58,028 nt of DNA, taken from contig JAWOHE010000061.1 in NCBI GenBank assembly GCA_046485285.1, positions 1 to 58,028 on the forward strand, written 5' to 3'. Shown piece by piece: positions 1-7,818 of the stretch. The notes beneath the pieces are model-generated. The model ran no database searches. It worked only from the letters and a program-made list of their open reading frames with translations, and was not told the DNA's origin. Both the position numbers and the translations under genes were made by a program. Position 1 is the stretch's first letter; every line of letters starts with the position of its first letter. This DNA comes from a bacterium (lineage in GTDB: Bacteria > Hydrothermota > Tepidihabitantia > Tepidihabitantales > Tepidihabitantaceae).

Positions 1-1
1 T

Positions 2-191
2 GATTTTTCAACCGATTGCGACGATTTCCCGATTGGCCGGGTCGTTAGTTTCTACTAACATGGGCTATGGATAGTGATGCGAAGGTGGCCGGCTTCAGAC
101 CGGGCGAGACGGTTGCGCCGGGTGCGGCGTCACGCGGGTTGCGGCTTCGGGCCGGGAGCGAAGCCGAGGAGGAAGGCGCAAAGGGCACGAG
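2..191 (+). repeat. Intergenic repeat family, copy A (partner 21281-21470); may extend left of the window
   Basis: 190 nt colinear with 21281-21470, about 16 mismatches and no indels by manual alignment. The 5' half is AT-richer and has hairpin GTTAG-N6-CTAAC (44-59), whose stem is conserved in copy B. Confidence 0.85.
33..61 (+). promoter_or_regulatory. Promoter-like element inside repeat copy A (TTGGCC-N17-TAACAT)
   Basis: -35 at 33-38 and -10 at 56-61; ATG at 67 lies 5 nt after the -10. The same geometry is conserved in copy B. Confidence 0.35.
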
Positions 192-214
192 AAAGGAGGG
201 GAGGAGAGGGGTCT

Positions 215-255
215 CTCCACTCCGGGCCTTCGGCCCTCCGGTCGAGATGACGGGG
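215..255 (+). repeat. Short repeat module with core GGTCGAGATGAC
   Basis: CTCCACTCCG...CTCCGGTCGAGATGACGGGG, with the core at 240-251. Related copies at 21618-21651, 21664-21685 and, inverted, at 56908-56988. Confidence 0.7.
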
Positions 256-307
256 TCCCCTTGGTGTTTTCGCGTCCGGCCCGGTCCGCGCCGGGAAGAA
301 TTCGCTC

Positions 308-335
308 TTGACAGGCGGTCGGGCGCGGTTATCCT
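308..335 (+). promoter_or_regulatory. Sigma70-like promoter TTGACA-N16-TATCCT
   Basis: -35 at 308-313 and -10 at 330-335; ATG 341 is 5 nt downstream, a leaderless geometry. Confidence 0.5.
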
Positions 336-340
336 CGGCC

Positions 341-1024
341 ATGCGAATTCTGCTAGTGGTTGCGGTCGCGGCGGGCGCCGCCGGGGCGACGCTGTATCAC
401 ATCGACCAGCCGGTGCCGGTCTCGCTCGCCCACGCCGAGTACTACGTCGGCGCGCGGCTGTGGGGGCAGGGCGGAGCGGTGGCGCGCGTCGGCGTCGGGC
501 TGTTCGACCGGCTGACGCTGGGCGCGGCCTACGGCGGCGACAAGCTGTTCGGCGCCGAGAAGCCGGTGATGTACAACCGGCCCGAGTTCTTCGCCCGCGG
601 GGCAATCCTGCAGGAGCAGGGCTACTTCCCGGACCTCGCGGTCGGGTTCGAGAGCCAGGGCTTCGACAGCCAGGACCCGGCCGACGGGAGGTACAGCATC
701 CTGCCCCGGGGCGGGTTCCTGGCCATCGGCAAGACGATCGAGCCGACGCGGACCTACTTCCAGGGCGCGGTGAACTACTGGGACGGGGTGAGCGGTTCCG
801 CCGCCCTGAGCCAGTATCTGCCGGGCGGCTTCGACGTCGTGGTCGAGTATGACCTGGCCCTGAACGACGGGCGGGACCGGGGCCGGGGCTACCTGAACGC
901 CGGGCTGGCCTGGACGTTCAACGAGCAGTTCCGGTTCGGGCTCGCGGTGCGCGACATCCTGGGCAACCGGGATGGTTCGCGGCTGAACCGGGTCCTCGAC
1001 ATCTCGTTCCACGACCTGTTCTAG
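341..1024 (+). CDS. Putative outer-membrane beta-barrel protein (hypothetical)
   Basis: Start at MRILLVVAVAAGAAGA (signal-like). Alternating Gly/aromatic-rich sequence with C-terminal ...ISFHDLF ending in Phe, as in OMPs. No named family recognised. Confidence 0.55.
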   Translation: MRILLVVAVAAGAAGATLYHIDQPVPVSLAHAEYYVGARLWGQGGAVARVGVGLFDRLTLGAAYGGDKLFGAEKPVMYNRPEFFARGAILQEQGYFPDLAVGFESQGFDSQDPADGRYSILPRGGFLAIGKTIEPTRTYFQGAVNYWDGVSGSAALSQYLPGGFDVVVEYDLALNDGRDRGRGYLNAGLAWTFNEQFRFGLAVRDILGNRDGSRLNRVLDISFHDLF

Positions 1025-1036
1025 GCCCGGCGGCGA

Positions 1037-1065
1037 TTGACCCTGCCCGCAGGCGGCGCTAGACT
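1037..1065 (+). promoter_or_regulatory. Sigma70-like promoter TTGACC-N17-TAGACT
   Basis: Consensus-like hexamers upstream of GGAGGAA RBS and ATG 1087. Confidence 0.45.
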
Positions 1066-1086
1066 GACCTGAAGACTGGAGGAACC

Positions 1087-1563
1087 ATGGACGTTAAGGA
1101 TTTCCTGAAGGGCATGCCGGTCCTGGCCGGTTTGGCCGACGAGCAGCTTGACCGCATCGCGGCGCTGGGCAAGATCCGGCAGGTTAAGGCCGGGTCGATG
1201 ATTGACGTGCAGGGCGAGCCGGCCGAGAAGTTCTACATCCTGATGCAGGGCCGGGTCGCGGTCGTGCTGGCGATCGACTTCGGGGTATCGAAGAACAGCT
1301 ACATCGTGCTGACGGTCGGGCCGGGCGAGATGTTCGCCTGGTCCGGGATGGTCGGCAACCGGAAGTACACCGCGGGCGGCGAGGCCCAGATCGACTCGAC
1401 GGTGGTCGAGTTCACCTCGAGCGAGCTCGTGGCGGCGTTCGAGGTCGACTACGAGCTGGGCTACCGGTGGATGCGCGCGGTGGCGAAGACGATCGCTTCC
1501 CGCATGCGGCACATGCAGTTGCAGTTCGTCCGGCAGGCGGCGATCCGCGAAAGTTCGGAGTAG
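1087..1563 (+). CDS. Cyclic nucleotide-binding domain protein
   Basis: 158 aa with a Crp-like cNMP-binding fold pattern (FYILMQGRVAV...GPGEMFAWSG). RBS GGAGGAA upstream. Confidence 0.7.
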   Translation: MDVKDFLKGMPVLAGLADEQLDRIAALGKIRQVKAGSMIDVQGEPAEKFYILMQGRVAVVLAIDFGVSKNSYIVLTVGPGEMFAWSGMVGNRKYTAGGEAQIDSTVVEFTSSELVAAFEVDYELGYRWMRAVAKTIASRMRHMQLQFVRQAAIRESSE

Positions 1564-2295
1564 ATGCCGGGCAGGAGCCCCGGGCGGCGGGGCCGGGAGG
1601 GCGGTGCGGGCGACCGGCGCCGCGCTTTCGTTGTCGCGATTGACGGCCCGGCGGGGTCGGGCAAGAGCACGACCGCCCGGCTGGCCGCCGGTCGGCTCGG
1701 GCTGCGGCACCTTGACACCGGTGCGATGTACCGGGCGGTGGCGCTTGCCTGTCTTGACGCCGGGGCAGACCCGGCCGACGCGGGGACGATGAGGCGGCTG
1801 TTGGCGCGCGCGCGCGTCGACATCGACTGGCGGGCCGGCGTCCAGCGCGTGTTCCTCGACGGCCGGGACGTGAGCCGGGCGATCCGGGAGCCGCGGGTGA
1901 GCGGGGTCGTGAGCGAGGTGTCGGCCGTGCCGGCGGTGCGGCGCGCGATGGTCGCGGTCCAGCGCCGGGTCGCCCGGGGCCGGGAGGTCGTCTGCGAGGG
2001 ACGGGACATCGGGAGCGTGGTGTTCCCGGGCGCGCAGGTGAAGGTGTTCCTCGACTGCGACCTCCGGGCGCGCACCGCCCGGCGCCGGGCGGAGCTCGCG
2101 GCGGCCGGGGTCAGTACCGGGCAGGCGGCGGTGCGGGCGAACCTGGCCCGGCGCGACCGGCTCGACTCGGGCCGGGCGATGTCGCCCCTGGTGCGAACCC
2201 CGGACGCGGTGCTGGTCGACACCACCGACCTGACCATCGAGGAGCAGGTCGCGGTGGTCTGCGAGTTGGTCCGGCGGGTGCGTCCCCTTCCATGA
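1564..2295 (+). CDS. cmk: Cytidylate kinase
   Basis: IDGPAGSGKSTTARLAA...LDTGAMYRAV P-loop signature typical of Cmk. About 20 aa of Arg/Gly-rich N-terminal extension. Confidence 0.9.
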   Translation: MPGRSPGRRGREGGAGDRRRAFVVAIDGPAGSGKSTTARLAAGRLGLRHLDTGAMYRAVALACLDAGADPADAGTMRRLLARARVDIDWRAGVQRVFLDGRDVSRAIREPRVSGVVSEVSAVPAVRRAMVAVQRRVARGREVVCEGRDIGSVVFPGAQVKVFLDCDLRARTARRRAELAAAGVSTGQAAVRANLARRDRLDSGRAMSPLVRTPDAVLVDTTDLTIEEQVAVVCELVRRVRPLP

Positions 2296-2951
2296 CACTC
2301 CACTGGTGGACCGGGTGGCTGGCAAGCTACCCGGCCGGCGCGCTCGGCCTGCGCCTGCGGGTCGAGGGCAGGCGTAACCTCGGCCCCGGGCCGCAGATAA
2401 TCGCGTCGAACCACGTCACGAACGTCGACCCGCTGGTGTTGGGCTGGGCGGCGGCGCGCGAGCTCAACTTCCTGGCCAAGGCCGAGCTGTTCGAGGCTTC
2501 GCGGTTCTTCGCGTGGCTGATTCGCGGGTTCAACGCGTGGCCGGTGCGGCGGGGCGGCGCGGACCGGGCCGCGCTCGGCACCTGCCACTCGATCCTCAGG
2601 GCCGGGCGGACGCTGGTGCTGTTTCCCGAGGGAACCAGGAGCCCGACCGGCCGGCTGGCCGCGTTCAAGCCCGGGGTCGGGATGCTGGCGATAAAGAACC
2701 GGGCGCCGGTCGTCCCGACCGCGATCGTCAATCTCGACCGGACCTGGATTTCGTACCTGGCCGACCGCGACTTCGTGCGGAGGGGTCTGCGGCGCCGGCC
2801 GCGGCGGCTCTTGTCGGTGCGGGTGCGTTTCGGCGCGGCGGTGTCGCCCGATGGGTACGGGGCGGACCGGGACGGCTACCTCGCGCTCGCCGGCGAGGTC
2901 GAGAACCGGGTGCGGGAGCTTGCCGGGCAGGACCCGGGAGGCGCGAGCTGA
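2292..2951 (+). CDS. plsC: 1-acyl-sn-glycerol-3-phosphate acyltransferase
   Basis: NHVTNVDP (HX4D block) and FPEGTRS motif. ATGA start-stop overlap with cmk. Confidence 0.85.
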   Translation: MTLHWWTGWLASYPAGALGLRLRVEGRRNLGPGPQIIASNHVTNVDPLVLGWAAARELNFLAKAELFEASRFFAWLIRGFNAWPVRRGGADRAALGTCHSILRAGRTLVLFPEGTRSPTGRLAAFKPGVGMLAIKNRAPVVPTAIVNLDRTWISYLADRDFVRRGLRRRPRRLLSVRVRFGAAVSPDGYGADRDGYLALAGEVENRVRELAGQDPGGAS

Positions 2952-3802
2952 GCCCGGCGAAGCGGACGTCGCGGGCCCGCCGCGTCCGGGTTGCGCGGCC
3001 GACCGGGTTCTGCTTCGGGGTCGAGCGGGCAATCCGGCTGGCGCGCGAGGGGAAGCGGAAGCACGGCCGGATCGCAACGCTGGGCGAGCTCGTCCACAAC
3101 CCCCAGGTCCTGCGGGAGCTCGCGGCCGAGGGCATCCGGTCGGTCCGCTCGCCGCGCGAGGCGCGGGAGGGGGCGCTGGTCGTCCGGGCCCACGGCTGCC
3201 CGCCTGAGGTGTTCGAGCGCTGTGCCGGGCGCGGCCTGACCGTCATCGACGCGACCTGCCCGTACGTCCGCAAGGTCCAGAGCGTCGCGCGGCGGCTGAT
3301 GGAGGGCGGCTACCGGGTCGTCGTCGTCGGCGAGCGGGACCATCCCGAGGTGCGCTCGATACTGGGTTACTGCCGGGGCGCGGGGATGGTCTATGCGCCC
3401 GGGCGGCGGGTCCGGGGCGGGAGAGTCGGGGTCGTCGCCCAGACGACGATGTCCCGGGAGCGGCTGAGGCTCGCGGTTGCCAACCTCAGTAACTCACGCT
3501 ATACTGAGCTTCGTGTCTTTGACACCATCTGCGAGGAGGTAACGGCCCGACAGGACGCCGCGGCGCGCATCGCCGCCGATTCCGACCTCGTCGTCGTCGT
3601 CGGCGGGCGCTCGAGTGCCAACACCTCCCGGCTGGCGGAGATTGCCGCCGAGGCCGGGGCGGAGATACTGCACGTCGAGTCCGCGGCGGAGCTGTCGCGC
3701 GGGAAGCTCTCGGGCTTCGTGCGCATCGGCGTGATTGCCGGGTCGTCCACCCCCGCGTGGGTAGTGCGCGAGGTCGCGCGATCGGCCCGAAATCCCTTTT
3801 AA
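2948..3802 (+). CDS. ispH: 4-hydroxy-3-methylbut-2-enyl diphosphate reductase; start codon uncertain (CTG 2948 proposed)
   Basis: ARPTGFCFGVERAI...VHNPQV...DATCPYV...VVGERDHPEV...SSNTSRL match the IspH/LytB layout. The only canonical in-frame starts found by manual check of the Val/Leu/Met codons (2513, 2537) would add >140 aa overlapping plsC. Confidence 0.85.
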   Translation: MSPAKRTSRARRVRVARPTGFCFGVERAIRLAREGKRKHGRIATLGELVHNPQVLRELAAEGIRSVRSPREAREGALVVRAHGCPPEVFERCAGRGLTVIDATCPYVRKVQSVARRLMEGGYRVVVVGERDHPEVRSILGYCRGAGMVYAPGRRVRGGRVGVVAQTTMSRERLRLAVANLSNSRYTELRVFDTICEEVTARQDAAARIAADSDLVVVVGGRSSANTSRLAEIAAEAGAEILHVESAAELSRGKLSGFVRIGVIAGSSTPAWVVREVARSARNPF

Positions 3803-3817
3803 GGAGGACCGTTTTTG

Positions 3818-5536
3818 ATGTCCGAGGAGACCAAGCAGCCAGCCGCCGGGAAGGAATCGTTCAGTGACCTCTACGAAGGTTCGTTCCCGACGCTCCGGTC
3901 CGGTGAAATAGTCACCGGCCGGATTATCAAGAAGCTTCCGGGTTCGGTGCTCGTCGACCTTGGCCTGAAGGCCGAGGGAATCCTGCCGATGGAGGAGTTC
4001 CGCAATCCCGACGAGGTGCAGGAAGGCCAGGAGGTCAAGGTCACCCTCGAGCAGCTCGAGGACCGCGACGGCTTCCCCGTCATCTCGAAGAAGCGCGCCG
4101 ACTTCCAGCTCGCCTGGGAGAAGATCAAGGAGAAGTCCCAGAACGCCGAGGGTGTCGAGGCAACGGTGATACGGCGCGTCAAGGGCGGGCTGGCGGTCGA
4201 GCTGATGGGGCTCGACGCCTTCCTGCCCGGCTCGCAGGTCGACCTGCGGCCGGTGCCGAACCTCGACGTGATGGTCGGCCGTCACTTCGAGGTGAAGATC
4301 ATCTCGGTCAACTGGTACAAGAAGAACATCGTCGTTTCGCGACGGGTGTTGCTCGAGGAGCGGCAGGAGCAGGCCCGGCGCGAGCTGTTCTCGCGGATCC
4401 AGGTCGGCGACGTCATCGACGGCACGGTCAAGACGATCACCGACTTCGGCGCCTTCGTCGACATCGGCGGCGTCGACGCGCTGCTGCACATATCCGACCT
4501 GGCCTGGAACAAGGTCGTCCATCCCAAGGAAGTCGTCAACATCGGCGACGAGCTGAAGATCAAGGTGCTGTCGGCCGACGAGGGCACCGGCCGGATAACC
4601 GTCGGGCTGAAGCAGCTGACGCCGCATCCCTGGGAGCGGGTCGAGGAGAAGTACCCGATTGGCGGGCGCGTGCGCGGGCGGGTGACGACGCTCGCCGAGT
4701 ACGGCGCGTTCGTCGAGCTCGAGAAGGGCATCGAGGGGCTGATCCACGTCTCCGAGATGTCCTGGACCAAGTCAATCCACCATCCCTCGCAGGTGCTGAC
4801 CGAGGGCGAGGAGGTCGAGTCGGTCGTGCTCAACATCGACAAGGAGAACCGGCGCATCTCCCTCGGGCTGAAGCAGACGCTGCCGGACCCGTGGTCGCTG
4901 GTCGACGAGAAGTATCACATCGGCCAGCGGATCTCGGGCAAGGTCCGGGCGCTGAAGGACTTCGGCGCGTTCGTCGAGATCGAGGAAGGCATCGAGGGCC
5001 TGATCCACAACGCCGACCTGTCCTGGACCAAACGGGTCAAGCACCCGCGCGAGGAGCTGAGGAAGGGGCAGACGGTCGAGACGGTCATCCTCGGGATTGA
5101 CAAGGACAGCCGGCGCATTACCCTCGGGCTGAAGCAGACCCAGGAAGACCCGTTCTACCAGATCAGCAAGGAGCTCAAGCCCGGCGACCAGATCCGCGCG
5201 CAGATCATCGACCTGCCCAAGCCCGGCGTGGTCGTTAGCCTGCCCCACGGCATCGAGGGCTTCGTCCCGCTTAGCCAGCTCGCCCGCGGCGGCAAGAAGG
5301 CCAAGGAGAAGTACCAGATCGGCGAGGAACTCGACCTCAAGGTGATGCGGCTCGACCTCAACGGCCGCCGCATCGCACTGACCGAGCGGCTCGAGGAGCA
5401 GCTCGAGCCCGAGCCCGAGGCCCGGCCGGACAAGCGGCGGGAGCGGAAGCGGGTTCAACCCGCGGACGAGGACGAGGTGTACACGGACCGCTTCACGCTG
5501 GAAGACCACCTCCGGGAGCTCACGGACGAGGAGTAG
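3818..5536 (+). CDS. rpsA: 30S ribosomal protein S1
   Basis: Six S1-domain repeats (GxVxxITDFGAFVDIGG..GLIHISE pattern). AAGGAGG RBS. TTG at 3815 is an alternative start. Confidence 0.95.
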   Translation: MSEETKQPAAGKESFSDLYEGSFPTLRSGEIVTGRIIKKLPGSVLVDLGLKAEGILPMEEFRNPDEVQEGQEVKVTLEQLEDRDGFPVISKKRADFQLAWEKIKEKSQNAEGVEATVIRRVKGGLAVELMGLDAFLPGSQVDLRPVPNLDVMVGRHFEVKIISVNWYKKNIVVSRRVLLEERQEQARRELFSRIQVGDVIDGTVKTITDFGAFVDIGGVDALLHISDLAWNKVVHPKEVVNIGDELKIKVLSADEGTGRITVGLKQLTPHPWERVEEKYPIGGRVRGRVTTLAEYGAFVELEKGIEGLIHVSEMSWTKSIHHPSQVLTEGEEVESVVLNIDKENRRISLGLKQTLPDPWSLVDEKYHIGQRISGKVRALKDFGAFVEIEEGIEGLIHNADLSWTKRVKHPREELRKGQTVETVILGIDKDSRRITLGLKQTQEDPFYQISKELKPGDQIRAQIIDLPKPGVVVSLPHGIEGFVPLSQLARGGKKAKEKYQIGEELDLKVMRLDLNGRRIALTERLEEQLEPEPEARPDKRRERKRVQPADEDEVYTDRFTLEDHLRELTDEE

Positions 5537-5587
5537 CCCGGTGTGCGGGCGCGGCAACCGCCCGCGCGGCACGCGCCGGGCGGGCTG

Positions 5588-6850
5588 ATGAGAGCAGCGG
5601 TCCTGACCGCCGGCTGCAGACTGAACCAGGCCGAGAGCGACGCGCTCTCGGCCTGGCTGCTTGCGCGGGGAGACGAGCTGGTTTCCGACCCGGCGGCTGC
5701 CGACGTCTGCTACGTGAACACCTGCACGGTGACCGGCGAGGCGGACCGAAGTTCGGTCAAGCTCATCCGGCGGGTCGGCCGGCTCCGACCCCGGCCGCGG
5801 ATAGTCGTGATGGGCTGCCTGGCCGAGCGCGGGGCGGACCGGCTTCGCGAGCTCGATGGCGTCAGCGAGGTCTGGTCGGGCCGCGACAAGCGCGAGGCGA
5901 TCGCTGGCCTGGTCCCGGCCGGCACGCGCAGCCGGGCGCTGCTCAAGGTCCAGGACGGCTGCGACCGCGGCTGCGCCTACTGCGTCAGCGGCCGGGTGCG
6001 GGGCGCGCCCGAGTCGGCGGCGCCCGAGGCGGTGGAGGGGGCCGTGGCGGAGCTGACAGACCGTGGCTACCACGAGGTCGTGCTCACCGGGCTGAACCTA
6101 GGCAGTTACCGGCACGGCCGGACCGGGCTGGCCGGACTGATCGCGCGGCTGTTGCGCTCCGGGCGAGACTTCCGGCTGCGGCTGGGCTCGCTCGAGCCGG
6201 ACACGGTGGACGACGAGCTGCTTGCGGCGGTCGCCGACCGGCGCGTGTGCCCGCACTTCCACCTCGCACTACAGTCGGCCGACGACGAGGTGCTGACGAG
6301 AATGGGGCGGCGATACCGGTTCGAGGAGGTCCGGCAACTGGTTGCCCGGCTGATCGCGTTGCGGGCCGACGCGTGCCTCGGTGCCGATGTCATCTCCGGG
6401 CTCCCGGGCGAGAGCCGGGGCGCGTTCGAGGCCGGTCGCGACCGCCTCGCCGGACTGCCGCTCGCCTACCTGCACGCTTTCACGTTCTCGCCCCGGGACG
6501 GGACGCCGGCAAGCCGGATGCCGGACCAGCTCGGGACCGCCGAGGCTCGGCGCCGGACCGTCGAGCTTCGGTCACTGTCGGCCGAGTTCTCCCGTCGTTA
6601 CGCGTCGCGCTTCATCGCCACGGTCCGGCCGGCGGTGGTCGAGAGCGGGCGCGAGGTCGTCACCGACAACTACCTGCGCGTCCGGCTGCGGGAACGCGCG
6701 CCGGCCCGGGTGCGTCAAAGCTGCGAAGTGCTCGTTGAGGGTGTGATTGACCGGGCCGGCAGCTCGCCGTTGCGCGGCCTGACCGGGACCGCGCTCGCCC
6801 GGTCGTCGGCCGGCGAGGCCGGCCCGGGCGCCAACAAGGAGGACAGGTGA
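5588..6850 (+). CDS. MiaB/MtaB-family radical SAM methylthiotransferase
   Basis: N-terminal UPF0004-type Cys residues (TAGCRLNQ, NTCTVT, GCLAE) and radical SAM box CDRGCAYC. GTG 5543 is an alternative start. Confidence 0.8.
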   Translation: MRAAVLTAGCRLNQAESDALSAWLLARGDELVSDPAAADVCYVNTCTVTGEADRSSVKLIRRVGRLRPRPRIVVMGCLAERGADRLRELDGVSEVWSGRDKREAIAGLVPAGTRSRALLKVQDGCDRGCAYCVSGRVRGAPESAAPEAVEGAVAELTDRGYHEVVLTGLNLGSYRHGRTGLAGLIARLLRSGRDFRLRLGSLEPDTVDDELLAAVADRRVCPHFHLALQSADDEVLTRMGRRYRFEEVRQLVARLIALRADACLGADVISGLPGESRGAFEAGRDRLAGLPLAYLHAFTFSPRDGTPASRMPDQLGTAEARRRTVELRSLSAEFSRRYASRFIATVRPAVVESGREVVTDNYLRVRLRERAPARVRQSCEVLVEGVIDRAGSSPLRGLTGTALARSSAGEAGPGANKEDR

Positions 6851-7800
6851 ACCCACGTTACTTGACGATCGCATTGCTGGTGGTCGCATCACTGGCAGGG
6901 GCAAAGGACTATAAGGTCGGCTTCGTCGACTCGGATGCGGTGATCTCCCGGTACGAGGGCGCGCGGGAAGCCAAGAGCCAACTCGACCAGGAGATGATGA
7001 AATTCCGGGCCGAGGCCGAGTCTTTGCGCGCCTCATACCAGGTCGCGCTCGACGAATACGAGACCCAGGAACTCTCGCTCACCGAGGAGGGCCGGCGCGC
7101 GAAGATGGCCGAGGTCGACCAGCTCAAGCGCCGCTACGACGCCTACATCGAGGACGTCTATCGCACCGGCGGCAAGATCGACCAGAAGAACAGCGAGCTG
7201 ATCGCGCCGCTGGTCCAGAAGATCGGCGAAGTCGTCAGCGAGGTGGCGCGGCAGGAGGGCTTCGCGCTGGTGCTGGACGCCTCGAAGGCGGAGATGCTAT
7301 ATTCCGAGACCGAGCTCGACCTGACCCGGATCGTCATCGAGCAGCTCAACCGGCAGTATGAGGACGTCGCCCCGGGCACGGCCCGCAACATGGTGTACGC
7401 GATCCTGCCGATATTCGCGACCAACGACGAGGCGCGTCAGGACCGGATCGACTTCCGGATCCGGGAGTTCATCTACAACCTCGTTCGGACCCAGGCGAGG
7501 ACCGATATGGTCGCCAGTGCCCGGATCGACGAGCAGCTTGCCCAGCGCGGAGTCCAGGGCCGCGCCGCCACCGGGCGGGACGCGATCGACGTCGGGTCGG
7601 CGCTGAACATCGACTACGCGATTCTCGGCACCTGCACCAAGCAGGACCGGAGAATCGACTTCTCGCTGACGATAGTCGACGTCCGGATGAACAACGAGGA
7701 AGTCAAGACCGAAAGCGGGCAGGTGGCGCGCGAGGATCGGTTGAACGAAGAGGTTGGCCGGGTCATCCAGGTTCTGCTGGCTGCCATTGCCGAGCCTTGA
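6847..7800 (+). CDS. Skp/OmpH-like periplasmic chaperone fused to a C-terminal TolB-N/LpoB/CsgG-like domain
   Basis: Signal peptide, then a coiled-coil OmpH-like region (KVGFVDSDAVISRYEG...), located upstream of lpxD as in skp-lpxD-fabZ-lpxA clusters. About 140 extra C-terminal residues (YAILPIFATNDEA...IDYAILGTCTK...). GTGA overlap with the upstream gene. Confidence 0.65.
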   Translation: MNPRYLTIALLVVASLAGAKDYKVGFVDSDAVISRYEGAREAKSQLDQEMMKFRAEAESLRASYQVALDEYETQELSLTEEGRRAKMAEVDQLKRRYDAYIEDVYRTGGKIDQKNSELIAPLVQKIGEVVSEVARQEGFALVLDASKAEMLYSETELDLTRIVIEQLNRQYEDVAPGTARNMVYAILPIFATNDEARQDRIDFRIREFIYNLVRTQARTDMVASARIDEQLAQRGVQGRAATGRDAIDVGSALNIDYAILGTCTKQDRRIDFSLTIVDVRMNNEEVKTESGQVAREDRLNEEVGRVIQVLLAAIAEP

Positions 7801-7818
7801 GGTGAGCGGTACGGTGAG

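Noticed and set aside
44-80. Resemblance of GTTAGTTTCTACTAAC to Cas12a-type repeat handles (TTTCTACT)
   Set aside because: There is only a short chance-level match. The stem sequence differs, it is not arrayed, and no cas gene is nearby.
67-852. ORF starting in repeat copy A and running through the OMP gene
   Set aside because: Only the first ~42 codons are shared with copy B. The rest is out of frame with a better-supported gene, and the composition is typical of spurious GC-rich frames. The conserved promoter and ATG geometry is reported as a finding instead.
2513-2947. ATG 2513 or GTG 2537 as the ispH start
   Set aside because: Either would add more than 140 residues of Arg/Gly/Pro-rich sequence read out of frame through plsC. 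The conserved IspH N-terminus begins only after the plsC stop.
1021-6073. Long antisense or alternative-frame ORFs in the track (for example 1021-2325 minus, 1461-3077 minus, 3494-4747 minus, 4772-6073 minus; likewise 7297-8421, 13293-14861, 16888-18267, 22537-23943, 28323-29864, 29939-31135, 44663-46309)
   Set aside because: All overlap genes with clear conserved signatures on the other strand or frame. Their translations are Arg/Pro/Gly/Ala-rich with no recognisable motifs, the usual high-GC open-frame artefact.
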